A stretch of 63,885 nt of DNA, counting the filler, from Folioceros fuciformis (Eukaryota), in NCBI GenBank assembly GCA_049999805.1. It is 9 parts of 9 records of this genome, joined end to end, with 100 filler letters (N's around TTAATTAATTAA, not from the genome) between each part and the next. Parts side by side here need not be neighbours in the genome. Positions count along the whole stretch, not along the records: positions 11,631 to 15,444 come from JBNGIO010001293.1; positions 15,545 to 20,922 come from JBNGIO010001294.1; positions 21,023 to 41,009 come from JBNGIO010001295.1; 6 more parts are not named here. One strand, given 5' to 3'. Made by a program: the position numbers and the translations under genes. Shown one piece after another: positions 11,631 through 23,661 of the stretch; within the stretch, counting starts at the first letter, position 1, and the number at the start of each line of letters is the position of its first letter. The notes under the pieces were generated by a model, which worked only from the letters and a program-made list of their open reading frames with translations, was not told the DNA's origin and did not search any database.

Positions 11631-11927
11631 CCATAAGGGAGCGCAGAAAGGATTCACTGTATACCTACCCATAATTAGTCGGGTTGGGTTTCTGCTGGTA
11701 TGGGGAGTGGAAACTTTTGCTCACCTCTGCTTTTCTGATTGACGATGGCTGTGATGCGAGCTCGAGTTCTCTGTGCCTTACGTATGTCCATCTTCCCTGC
11801 GAATTGTACATACGGCTTCTCTTTCGCAGTGTCACGTCTTCCGTTGCAGGTTCTTGTGTGAAGTCGCTCGAATTTTGTTGTGCTTTAAGTTCTTGGCTCT
11901 CGGTGGATTGTTGCAGGATCTCGAGCC

Positions 11928-14312
11928 ATGCGTGCAAATTGGTGGTACTGCCAATTCCAGCCGCTCGGGGCTCACCATTTTTCTGTGGCACCTGAGGACC
12001 TTAGCCAGTTGAAAGACCGGCAGAATTCACCTGGAGGCCAGATCGCGCAAGGTGACGGGTCTGGTCGTGACAACCCTTCTTACGACAAAGAGCTCCTTAA
12101 GCATGGCGCCAAGGATGCAAGCAAATGGGGAGAGCAGCTGGCGTGGATCACCAGCATTATGGAGCCTGTGCTGAAGCTTTACCGTCGCGCTTTGCCGCCA
12201 GGCATGCCACCAACTTGTTTGCACCTGCTTGCTTCCTGCCGTGTGGCATTCGTTTATGGTCTCTCCCTGTTGCCCTGGAAAACAGGTCTTGTGGGCCAAA
12301 GGAGAGGCACCGTCTTACGTTTCTCAGCTTCAACTGCGTTCTTTCTATGATGTGCGGGTTTGTGATTCCAATTATGTGCTGGGTAGGTGCAATTGAAAGA
12401 AACAAGGGGCCAGCTAGCACAAGATCTCTTGTGGATATTGCCGCAAGCCTCCATAGGAGCTCTGCTGGCATGCAGAATTGGGGTCTTGCTGATCTTACGC
12501 TGGGCCTTTACCTTCTTTCTGTGCGTCATGACACAGAGATGGTGGCTGACACCATACCTGGTGTCGAAGTGACATCAGATCTCGTGGTAATGACCACTTT
12601 CAGGACGAGGGAAAAGAGACCCTAGCCATACCTCCTTTGTGCCTCATGCACGAGTTGTCCTCTTCTGATGTGTTTTCCCAAATCGCTGTTGCATGGATTG
12701 CATGGCCACGGTCCGTCGTAGCTGTCAGTGCCTGCTGTATGCCTTTGAACAGCAAGAGCTTAAGATGGCCCCCTTAGCTGTGTGAATCATCTTGGTACAG
12801 GTTCTGGAGTGCATCTATCATGTTGAACTGGCCAAGGGAGCTTATGCTAAAAATGTTGCGGGGCTTGCTCGGTCCTGCATGATCCGTGAATGCAACGTTG
12901 TCAAGTTCGTAGGAGAAGCCAGTGTTATGAGGCCTGCATACTATATTGGCATTGATACACGACACAAGCTAGTAGTTATGGGCATTAGAGGGACACATTC
13001 AGTCCACGATGTCATCACGGATCTGGCTTCTCATGGTGATCACTCGGCGGCCTTTGAAGGGGGAAGTGTACATTATGGTAGCGCAGAGGCCGCACGCTGG
13101 TTCCTCCAACATGAGACAACAATTTTGAAGAGATGTCTGAAAGAAAACGAGGTGTTAGTTTGCTTTGGGTTTGCATAATCCCTTGCTTCTAAGAGCAGCT
13201 CATTTCCGTGTAATTGTGGGTATTTGACCACTTCCGGTTCTGGAACAGGGTTATCGGTTGCGGATAGTTGGTCATTCACTTGGAGGTGCCACAGCCGCAC
13301 TCTTGGCTTTGATGCTTCGCAAACATGACGCTGAGGAATTAGGGTTTTGCCCGCAGATAGTATCTGCAGTCATTGTTGCAGCCCCTCCCTGCGTTTCGAA
13401 AGCTCTAGCAGTTGAGACAGAGGAGTACATCACCGCAATTGTGCTGCAGGTACAGCTGCTGCAGCAACATATTTTATTGTCGGTAAAATTGGAGCATGAG
13501 TTGAATGGACTTGGTTGTGATGAGGCTGAAACAGTTGTTTGAGCACAGGATGATGTTGTTCCCAGGATGAGTGCCTCCTCCCTGGTGCGCCTTCGGAATG
13601 AGATTCTGCAGCTTGACTGGTACTGCATTCTGCTCGGAGCTGCATTTCTTTAGTCTCTGTTAATCTGTGAAGGACCCAAGCTGGGAGCAGTCGTATGTGC
13701 TGTTTATCATACGTATCGCCTGCTGAGCAGTTGCTTCCTGTGTTGCAGGGCCAGTGTTGTAAGGGACGGAGATGCCAGATTATCAGGTTTGATGGATTTA
13801 GTTGCAGGGACAATGCACGCGGTTTCCTCAGTCCAGGATGTGGCGAGAAGATATGCCGCGTATGCAAAACTATCGAGCATCTACGGTACGGTGCTGTTTT
13901 CCACATAAACCTGAGGTCCAAGCTCCGCTCTCCACTGCTGGCTGAAGACTCGGATGTCCTGGCTGTAGGTATTGAGGACCAGAAGGAAGGCGTGAAATGT
14001 GCTCCCACTCAAAGTGAGACCACGGAGGCAAAAGCCAAGTCTTCTGTTGTTTTGGCTTCCTCTCCCGTGGGCGTTCCAGAATATCAGGAACTCGTGTGCC
14101 CAGGAAAGCTATATCACATCAGATCGAAGCCTGGCAGAGTTGATTGCCCCAAGGACGAGTTCGTTTTGTTGGAAGGACGACGTGGGTCCAAGTTCAGTCG
14201 GATAGTTCTGACAGGCTCGCTGCTCGCTGATCATAAATGCGACAGTCATTACTATGCCCTGAGGGACGTGCTAAAAGGACTAGAGATTTGCCGTCATCCC
14301 AAGCAGCCGTAG
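11928..14312 (+). CDS. Class-3 lipase / mono-diacylglycerol lipase-like alpha/beta hydrolase; exons ~11928-12201, 12387-12586, 12801-13151, 13249-13449, 13549-13619, 13749-13886, 13969-14312
   Basis: RPAYYIGID..KLVVMGIRGT, HYG, nucleophile motif GHSLGG, Q|DDVVPR, PGKLYH, DHKCDSHYYALRDVLK. Start codon uncertain. Confidence 0.88.
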
Positions 14313-15444
14313 CTTTTTGGCTGTTTTTGACTGAGTTCCCGTGGCAGCGAACAGGGATTGCAAGCAAGATGCACGTGACAAGTCACATAGTCATGTACGT
14401 AGATACCCATGGGGTTCACATGACGGTAGTCGCAGACATATGTAGTTACATGTTAATGAGGACATCGATTCTCTCGCCGTGGCAGCGTCCTTGCGAAGGG
14501 CCACCGTCTTCTTTGGTGTCCGGCAGGGACATCAGTCACTCGCCGACATCTAAACAAGACGTTCTTTCTGGCTTCATGTGCAGTATGATCAGTAGAGTTC
14601 ACGTGGGTCGCGGACGCGGAGCCCTGGCGTTTTGTTACATACCGCAACTAGTCGAACTTGCAGGTCTCGTCAATTGCCCAGACAGGCGGCGTGGACGGTT
14701 GTGCAGTGCAGACTGATGAGAGGGCAGCTTCACAGTCTCGCTTGGCTGAGCACTCTGAACTTCCTCTTGAGGATATCAGTGTGACGTGGTCCTGTTCCGG
14801 TAGATAATGGACATGGATACCCAGGACATTGAGAGAGGCTCCCCAGGCATGAGCAGCAGCTTGCTGCCTGCAGCTGGGTCCAAGTCCCGAGTCCTCTTGC
14901 TCTGCAGTTGTAGGTGCGGCTGCAGGGCCGCCTGCTTGGCCCGGGCCCAGACCTTGTAAACACATGCTTTGCAAGCTCTGTAAACGCTGGTGGACGATAT
15001 CATAATGGGCAGTGGTACTTCACCCAACGCTCCATCCAGCCCCCATCAGCGTGCACGGCCCTTCCTCGTTTTCGTTGTCATACTGGCTGGCGCCGTTGCC
15101 TGTTTGATGGTAATGGTGCAGCGGAGCTGCGTTCTTCAAAGATTTGTACTGGCCGCGTCGGGTGATGCAATTGCTGGTGATCGGATTCAGTGCGTCCTTC
15201 ATTTGTGCCTTGCGTTTTGCCCTGCTGATTGAATCCGGGGCCTGTTGCTCGGGGACTCACACGGGGAAGCTGGGCGATGACATTGTGCGGCCAGGTGTGG
15301 CTTCTTCTTTCGAACTGCTGAAGCTGGAACGCGTACCTCTCACAGCCTGAGGCCCGACAGTGACGACAGTGTCGACAGCGACAGGAGTCAGCCGTTCGGG
15401 CCCCGCTACACGTATTCGGATTTGCTGTGGCATCGGGTCAACAG

Positions 15445-15544
15445 NNNNNNNNNNNNNNNNNNNNNNNNNNNNNNNNNNNNNNNNNNNNTTAATTAATTAA
15501 NNNNNNNNNNNNNNNNNNNNNNNNNNNNNNNNNNNNNNNNNNNN
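15445..15544. other. Artificial contig linker
   Basis: N44-TTAATTAATTAA-N44. Confidence 0.97.
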
Positions 15545-16783
15545 GACTTGGGAGAGGCAAGCCATATTCTTGGCATGCATATTCGTCGAGACAAACAGAA
15601 GCGTTTGCTGTACTTGTCTCAGACTGAATACATTAACAAGATGCTTCAACATTTCAATATGGAGAAGGGGAAGGTATTAAGTACTGCGTTGCCTCCATAT
15701 GTGAAACTGTCGAGCAAGGATTGCCCAAGCTCTGCGGAGGACAAAGCTGAAATGGAGAAGGTTCCATACTCATCAGCTATAAGGAGTTTGATGTATGCAA
15801 TGATTGCTACACGTCCTGACATTGCCTTTGCAGTGGGAGTGGTTAGCAGGTTTATGTCAAACCCTAGCAGGAAGCATTGGGAGGCAGTGAAAGGAGTTAT
15901 GAGGTACTTGAATGGTACAAAAGCTTTGTGCTTATGTTTTGGTAGTGAAGATGCATCTGTCGTGGGATATACGGATGCTGATTATGCAGGGGATATGGAC
16001 AAAAGGAGGTCCACATCATGTTACGTCTTCATGTGCACAAGAGGGGCAGTCTCATGGCGATCTCGTTTGCAATCATGCATAACGCTATCTACCACAGAGG
16101 CCGAATATGTTGCAACAACTGAGGCATGCAAGGAAGTCATGTGGATTGCTCGTCTAGTAGGAGATTTGGGGATCAAGGTTGCGCTGCTAGTGTTGCATTG
16201 TGATAGCCAGAGTGCTATCCAATTGGCGAAGAATCCAGTGTTTCATGCGAAGACCAAACATGTGGAAGTGAAGTATCACTTCCACATGTTGGTGTTGGAA
16301 GACAAGAGGGTACAGCTTATTAAAGTTCACACCAGTCAGAACCCTACAAATGTTCTTACCAAGGCTCTCTACGGAGCAATTCACACAAGCTCGAACACTC
16401 ATGGGCATGAGGTAGACCACTCTCCTATGAAGGTAAATTGGCTTTTAAGTGGGAGGTTGTAGGCTTATTAAAGCCCAATGTGCTTAGACTAATGTGATTA
16501 GTCTAATTAGAATAATGTAATTAGTCTAAGATAGTGTCTAATTAAGTATCATTAGTTCAGATTAGATTAAGCTAATCTTTAGGAGGCTTCCTGCATAGCT
16601 TCTTGTGAAGCTTTCTGTGAGCTTCTTATGAAGCTTCCTTGGGAGCTTTTCTAGAGGGTATAAATACCCTCTTGAGCTCCCTTTGCAATAGAGCTGTAAG
16701 AGACACTATGAGACCTCTCTTTCTCCTCTCCTCCTCTCTTCTTCTCTCTTCTCCTTCACCATGCTCCTCTATGGATCCTTTCA
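15545..16783 (+). mobile_element. Ty1/Copia LTR retrotransposon 3' part: RT C-terminus, RNase H, PPT and 3' LTR (degenerate)
   Basis: LGEASHILGM, LYLSQ, PYSSAI.SLMY..TRPDIAFAV, GYTDADYAGD, LSTTEAEY, CDSQSAI, TKHVEVKYHF. The usual ADxLTK reads TNVLTK and is followed by a frameshift. Confidence 0.95.
16458..16783 (+). repeat. Putative 3' LTR (~326 bp)
   Basis: PPT aagtgggaggt (16447-16457), then TGTAGG...; TATA motif agagggtataaataccctct; CT-rich tract; ends CCTTTCA. Confidence 0.7.
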
Positions 16784-17495
16784 ATTGTTAACAGCTAGAG
16801 GAATGGACATACATGTACGAGGTGTGGCTATCTGCTTGCTCGCCATGCGTTGTCTTCTGACCTCAGATCGAAGAGCATGGATGAATTGTGGGGCAGATTG
16901 GCCTTTCTTCTGCACTTCCCAAAGCTCTTCCATGGCTAAGAGTGGCCCTAGGCAACCAAACTGAGCTTCTACGTTCGAAGGGTCCCTTCCAAACCTTTCC
17001 CTAAATTTGTGAACCGAACCTGCACGGCCACATTGGCCCCACGGATTGGGTCCTTCGCCATTCGCTTTTTGAAGGCGGGCCTTTGCAGCAAAAGATGCTT
17101 TGGATGGCTTGAAGTTCCCATGCTGTCTTAATTCGACATGAGCCCACATTAAGATGTTAGTCCACACTTTGGCATCAGTTGATGGTGGCTTGAATGCTTC
17201 CCCCTTCTCTCTCCCGAGTCTTCGTTCCTCAAGTGCACAGGCCTTGGCTGCCTCCACGTACCTGCTATTTCTTGATCGAGTGTGTTGACTAAATTAAGCG
17301 CTTATCATGGATTTGACAAGCAGGTCAGGAAAATGATCAGCTACATCATTGCATAATTTCTTCCGCCTTGTTGAAGGCAATTCACTCCACTTGCCTGGAA
17401 TCTCGATTGCAGCCTTGCTGCAAATGAGCTCCATCATCTTTTTGTGCATGGGCACTGTCAACCCACTAGGTTTAATTGCCCAACGTTGGGTAGTT
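16784..17495 (-). pseudogene. CACTA/En-Spm TnpA (Transposase_24)-like relic, interrupted by the Copia LTR
   Basis: KWSELPSTRRKKLCNDVADHF...KPPSTDAKVWTNILMW...GQCGRAG..KFRERFGRDPS; in-frame TAA at 17294-17296. Confidence 0.45.
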
Positions 17496-18655
17496 CATTC
17501 ATTCAGCAACAGTTGTGCAAGATAGTGAGGAGGTGGCCCATTCCACAACGATAGCTGAACATGGAACGTATAGACACAGGATAGGTGAAAATAACAATCT
17601 TAGTTGTGGAGTATGGATGAATAGTGAGCAGAGGAACACTTATAGAGACGGAGTGCAACTAGAGAAAGACCACCAATCTGGCATTGTGATCATGTGTGAA
17701 TCTAAGGTAAGTGGAGATTCGGCAACTGGGTGTGACCGTTGTGGCAGTTGGGAAGAGTAGCGTGCGCCACCATGCTGGAGAAGTTCAAGAAGCTAGTGGA
17801 GAGGTATAAGCGGGAGAGGGATGAGGCTAGGGTCAAGAGAGACACAGGTAGGTTGAAGAGGGGCAAGGGATAAGTTATGGACGTGGCTGAAATAGCCACC
17901 GTTGTGGAACCAGCTATCACAATAGCGAAGTCGGCCACCATCGCGGAAGTAGGAACCGAGGTGGTGGAATCAACCACAGGCAGGAGCGCGGCATAGAGGG
18001 GTACCACCCACCCCCTTGGAATTCAAGAAGCAGCCATCCTAGGAATGTCAACAGGGGGAGAGGGTAAGGACCTCTTTAGAAGAAGGGCATATTGTGCTGC
18101 AACGTAGGGATGAAGTTGCTCATGTCCCTAGCTTCTACTTGCATGGTGGGCGGGCGCTCACTTTAAATATGTATGTGGTGGTTGGGACAATAGAGGACCG
18201 AGATTATTGGCTGCACATCCTAACACTGGCTATTATCAGTTGTTCCTCTGACTAGGAGCTTAAGCATGTCCTTCACTAGTGGTGCTAAAGGGAATCACTA
18301 CAGAGAGGTTAGAACATGGGTCAAAAAGCGAACAATTTGGTTGTCTAGTGATAAACAACGACATCCGATCAATAAAGCCTGATTCGATGTGTTGTCCTCT
18401 TGTCACAAGAGGACCAGGGAGATTCCTGGGTGGTCCAGAGTTGTGTGACCCTGCTCCGCGACTAGGGTGACTAGCGGAGAAGAGTGCTCAGGATCGGCGA
18501 GGAAGAGAAATTTATGCAGAAGGTCAGGGTGGGAACGCGATTTCGCAAAATCCTTGGAAAACAGGGAAAAAGCACGATTTTGCAAAACTCCTATGGAGCT
18601 GTCCAACTATTATTTTTCCCTTTCTCACTCCGCTGTCTAACCAAGCCGTATTTAA

Positions 18656-18882
18656 TCCAAGGAGAGGTGTATGTGGCCTATGAGGAGTCTGTGTGTCCCA
18701 AGGAGAGGCGTGTGTGGCCTAATGAGGGGTCTGTGTGACCCAAGGAGAGGCGTGTATGGCTTGTGAGGGGTCCGTGTGACCCAAGGAGATGCGTGTTTGG
18801 CCTATGAGGGTTCTATGTGACCCAAGGAGATGCTTGTGTGGTCTGTGAGAGGTTTATGTGACCCAAGGAGATGCCTCTGTGG
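18656..18882. repeat. Minisatellite, ~41-bp unit x ~5.5
   Basis: cccaaggagaggcgtgtgtggcctatgaggggtctgtgtga-like units. Confidence 0.9.
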
Positions 18883-19399
18883 AAGTTTGGAATCGTGAAT
18901 TGCTGAGAAAGATTGGGTATAAATTGTATGGAGAATTTGTGAGAATTAGTGATAGAGTGAAGTGCTGCGGTATGTATGACCCTAATCAGCAACTACCAAT
19001 GAAATCTAAGTGTAAAATTATATGAGTGGGGCTTGGTGTGTGGTGGTGGCGGACTCAGGTATGATGATTGAGTACATCTACAAAGGAATTGGTCATAGGA
19101 AGTCCAGAAATCATAGAATTAGAGCAACTTGACACAAACCATCCTCTTGGGATCAAATCCCAAGACTACAATGACATAGAGGATGAATGTGGACCTCGTT
19201 GTGTTTCTAAACACAAAATTTCACTCCATAGGCACCCTCTCGAACATGAGACCTACCCTTATGTTGCAGCCTGATCTTTAAGAATTAATTGTAGTCAGCT
19301 GACATGCATATGAAGTGCAAGGAAAATGTAAACTTGAAAGAGACTTGTTGCTTACAAGATGTTCGTACCTTGTGGTAAGTTGTTGATGTCTCCCAATTG

Positions 19400-19707
19400 T
19401 TCAAAATCTGGTGTAGTGGCAGTCTCTGAGACTTCTTTTGCTCAACAGACAATTATCAATATGTGTCTTGGCCAATCAAAGAACGCTGATAATTGTCATT
19501 AATTTTCTTCCAATCTTGAGAAAGACTATTCCACTTGCTCTTGGCTTGGCTAAGTGTGCAAGCTACACCATTCACCTTGTAATAACTGGCTACCTCCTCG
19601 TATTGCTCTGTAGCCTTCTTTTCCTTCTCCCTATTGCCTCCTAGCATTGTAGCTTCATGGTCTATTTTTTGGGAGCATGCAAAATGTGAAGCTCCTACAC
19701 AATCCAT
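19400..19707 (-). pseudogene. Myb/SANT-like (trihelix-type) DNA-binding ORF relic, probably transposon (Harbinger ORF1)-derived
   Basis: QYEEVASYYKVNGVACTLSQAKSKWNSLSQDWKKIND...DTY**LSVEQKKSQRLP matches W..V...C...G..R...QC..KW.NL...YKKI...YW.M...ER....LP, with stops. Confidence 0.6.
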
Positions 19708-20559
19708 AATTGGCTAGGGGCCCTAAATGCTTGATTGATGGAGGGGGCTTGAGGGAAACTTGGTATTGTAGGGACATGACAAACCACAAATACACCAACT
19801 AGTGTAATTATGGGTCTACTACTACTGGCGAATGTTGGTAATAATGCCAACGAAAGAGACTATGGACAAGAGCTAGGAGGAACATTACAAAGTACTGTAG
19901 CAATTCCTATAGATGCTAACGGCTAGCCATGGGCTGCCTCTTCAACCGTGCTTGAAGATCATTGGAAGAGAAGATCGCTTGATGTAGGGGATTTGCATCA
20001 ATCCATAATGTCACTATATTACAACATAGTCAACGGCAATGAAAGCCAAGAATCACGCGATACCTAGGATTGAAGGGTTTGCTTGGGCCTACACGCTTTG
20101 CTCTGGGCAAGGCATGGTCTTCTCCGAGCTTGCACACTCTTCTCCAAGTCTACACACACTCTTCGTCAAGCCTACACACACTCTTTGCCAAGTTGTGAGG
20201 AGTGTATGATGGCTCTAGAAAACCCGCCAATAGTCTACTAGCAAAGGCCCATTCCCTTGCCACTGTGGTCTCCAATCCCGGTCGAAAACATTGAAAGTTT
20301 TGCTAAAGGTGGGTCTTTGTGATCATTACTCGAGTTTATGGCAACTTCCCCTCTTTGTAGAACATGTATAGATTTGGCAAGGTTAGAAATTGAAACATAC
20401 AAATTAGCCTCACGGACAGCAACCCCACATAAAGCAGCCCTAAGTAAAGATGTCAGGATGAGAAAAGTTGAGGACTAAGTAAAGATGAACTCAAATTCAT
20501 ACTACAAGGGTACATAAAAGGGGTTGACAACTACATAAATAATCTTAAGAAAATGAAAA

Positions 20560-20885
20560 TTAGTGCACACAAGTGTGCACATCTAACTAGGGAGCGTATA
20601 GTTGTGCACACTTATGGGCTGATTGAAAGTCTTCCAAATATTAAAAGAGGATAACAAAACGCACAAATCCTAGGACAAGAATCAATGGCTCTTCAATCAA
20701 CCATTAGTGAAGGCATTCAAGATCACTAAAGTCCTTCATATTAGTTGTGTACATGAAGAAAAACCCATGTTATTTGTCCTTCATATTAGTCGTGTATATG
20801 AAAAAAAGCCCATGTGTGGAACATAAGAAGAGAACATTTCGTGAATAACATACAACAACAGGCTTTTCAACAATATCATTGATGA
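20560..20885. repeat. Dispersed repeat, homologous to 61370-62015
   Basis: Shared blocks ttgtgcacac..tggg.tgatt.aaagt, ttcaatcaa, aacataa.aagagaacattt...aataacatacaa. Confidence 0.7.
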
Positions 20886-20922
20886 TTAACTCACACTAGT
20901 TTGCATCACTTTCTAAAAATAA

Positions 20923-21022
20923 NNNNNNNNNNNNNNNNNNNNNNNNNNNNNNNNNNNNNNNNNNNNTTAATTAATTAANNNNNNNNNNNNNNNNNNNNNN
21001 NNNNNNNNNNNNNNNNNNNNNN
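20923..21022. other. Artificial contig linker
   Basis: N44-TTAATTAATTAA-N44. Confidence 0.97.
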
Positions 21023-22061
21023 GCCCGGACGTTTAATGCATTCGCGTCCCGCCAATGAGCCCGCTCCGGGTCCGGGGCAGGCCCCCGGGGCTGCCCCGGG
21101 CCGAATCCAATGCGCGGGCCGGACACCCAACCTTGCCGCCTGCGCCGGACCTTGTAATGCTCGCAAGTTGAGGGTTCGACGCGTGGCTCACGTCCTCGAT
21201 TTGTCGTGTCCGGGCGCCACCTGACGTAGGCTCGGCGAGGTCGGGTAGGTCCGGCCGCATGCAGCACACGGTAGGCACGTGCGTGGGATGCAGGGCTGGT
21301 GCGCACTGCCTTCGCAGAAACCTCCTCATAATGCGTGATTCATCGTACACGAATTTTGATTTCCTCATTCATATCGGCCTAGTGATATAACAGCGTGGCC
21401 GTAGTTAATGTTACAGGGTACGAATTCGGCGCACCCCAGTTAATTATTGTTTGCCTTTCTTGCTCTGGCTTTAGGTGTTGCATAGGATCCCTGGGGTGGA
21501 TGGAACCGACATCCTGCACGCTCTGGAGAATGTAGCTAAACCTTACATTCTGTATACAGTAGATCATATAATATACTTAACATGTTATATCCACATATTC
21601 GATTCTTATTTTATACACTGGAGAACAAATACATCTCCTTATACTATACCATCTGCAGCAAATACTATATGAAAATCTAGGATTAAGCTTGCAAGTTACT
21701 CAAACCAACAGCCTGATCTCATCCATCAGATCTGATGTCGCCACAGTCACCTAGAACATGGCAGAATTGAAGGAACTTGTCAAAAAACAAATCTTACATG
21801 AAATTATGCAAGATAAAATTACCTCTATCAAATGTTGTCTTTTACATGCCGTGCACGTATGTATATCCTAGTGGTTTATTGCCTGCAAGTTACTTCTAGT
21901 GGTTTATTGTCTGCAAATTACTTCATTACAGTATTCCCTGGTTCTCTCCAAATTCACTACAGTGTTCCCTGGTTCCTGCAAGTCGATGTTATAAAAATAA
22001 TAGAATAAAGTAAAATTAGAAAACAATAGACAAAAAAAATCAAGACCAACCTGCACTATCA

Positions 22062-22928
22062 CTAAGTAATATAGAAACAATAAACACTTACTTGAGGCGC
22101 GACAGTAAGTGTTTTCGAACAGTGGACAGTGGCAGAAATTGCAACCCGCTTTGTGAAGGCGTAGACAAGCACGCCATTTCTGGCACCTGCAGCCGCGGGA
22201 TGTCTGTGGACTACTTGGACGTTGAAGTGCTTGGAGGCCTTTTTGAAAAACTGTGAATCTTTTTTCCACCTCCTCAAATGTGCCAGTAGGACCGGAGCAC
22301 CAAAGTCTCCGTCCCCGGAGCCCACCAGCCACTTGAGAGTGCGAAGCAGCGGATCAAATAAAGTGGCATAGTAAACGACATCGGACGCCAGAATGAGGTC
22401 GTATGGCGCGTCCAATGCCTGGACATCTTCTTGTACCCCCCACCTGAGCGTCCGCGCACTCAAACTTCCTCCCGCCCGCAATACGTCCGCCTCATTCAAG
22501 GCCACGTTGTGCATCAGGTTGGGGAGTACATGAGGCAAATCCGTTAGGAGCACCTCCGCACCCAGGCGCGCAGCCATCATGCCCACCATCCCTGTTCCTG
22601 CCCCGAGCTCCAGTACCCTAAACCTGCCTGCTGCATTCCACTTGGGTCCAGGAATGAGCGCCGACAAACCCTCGACGCCGCACCGCTCTTCCAAGTACCA
22701 GCACAGCACGGACGCCGCAGGCCAGAGCTGGAATGACAACCCTTTCGCCCGCAACTGTCTCACCAAGATCGGTGCACGGTTCTCCAGTAACCGCATCTCG
22801 TAGCCCACCTCCACGGTGTCCGCATTCACATTCGCTTCCGCATTGTCCCCTTCTCCTCCTTCCTCCCCAGTCTCTGTAAGGAGCAGGCTGTGTGCCGCCA
22901 ACTCCTCTGACGAAATGGTGTCTTCCAT
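22062..22928 (-). CDS. METTL21A-like protein lysine methyltransferase (Methyltransf_16)
   Basis: GLSFQLWPAA, motif I VLELGAGTG, LTDLPHVLPNL..N, LRWG, DLILASDVVY, HLRRWKKDSQFFK. ATG at 22928 preferred; the frame is open to 23150. Confidence 0.9.
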   Translation of the reverse strand: MEDTISSEELAAHSLLLTETGEEGGEGDNAEANVNADTVEVGYEMRLLENRAPILVRQLRAKGLSFQLWPAASVLCWYLEERCGVEGLSALIPGPKWNAAGRFRVLELGAGTGMVGMMAARLGAEVLLTDLPHVLPNLMHNVALNEADVLRAGGSLSARTLRWGVQEDVQALDAPYDLILASDVVYYATLFDPLLRTLKWLVGSGDGDFGAPVLLAHLRRWKKDSQFFKKASKHFNVQVVHRHPAAAGARNGVLVYAFTKRVAISATVHCSKTLTVAPQVSVYCFYIT

Positions 22929-23661
22929 GCTGCAACGGACCTGGCGTCGGAATCCGGGCTTGAGTCTTTTAACCAAAGGAAGATTTGAAACTCTGCTGAA
23001 AGGAGATGATTTCTTTCTCGAGGCAACAGGACAAAGGGACAAATATAGAGTGCATCGTAGCTTCACACGATTGTGACAATTTTGCATGCATCCAACAAGT
23101 GTATTCATATCACCTGAGGTTCTGAAAAGTAACGTACATAGAGAGGTCATCTGAGTCTAATGCTCATGAGATAACTTGGGCCTCCTGCGAATTCACAGAC
23201 GTTTATCGCACCAAGAAGGCAACCTCCCCCTGATGCTCCCGTTGAAGCCAAAACTATTCATGACCTTGACAGCACATTGGCACGCTGAGGGCTGACCAGC
23301 TTCCTGAATCCTCCAGCCCCATATGCCCTTTTCCGGCGGCTTTCACCCTAGGTGAGAGGGCTCTCACTCTAAACTGAGTGAGTCTGCAATCACCAGGCAG
23401 GAAACATTACGATCCAGAGTGGCAGGAACCTCCAAGGACAAAAAAAAAAATCTTGTAGTGAAAGAAAGAACAGTCGGGACCGAATGCTAGCGGCTAGCCT
23501 AATGCACCTACAGCACCACCAGTCCAGGAGAAGCTCCTGATACCTACATGAACTGTGCAAGCGTGACGACAGTGAGTGGCTGCACACTGAAGGGCCACGC
23601 CCAGGGGATGCGTTACCCGCACACAGTAAGTAGCTGCTCTTCTCCACAAAAAGGTCGTGCC

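Noticed and set aside
14648-15444. Minus-strand ORFs, including a CRCRHCRHC stretch
   Set aside because: Short, no recognisable family, no consistent exon chain; left unannotated.
18656-18882. CRISPR-like array
   Set aside because: Whole units are similar to each other, there are no unique spacers or cas genes, and the context is eukaryotic.
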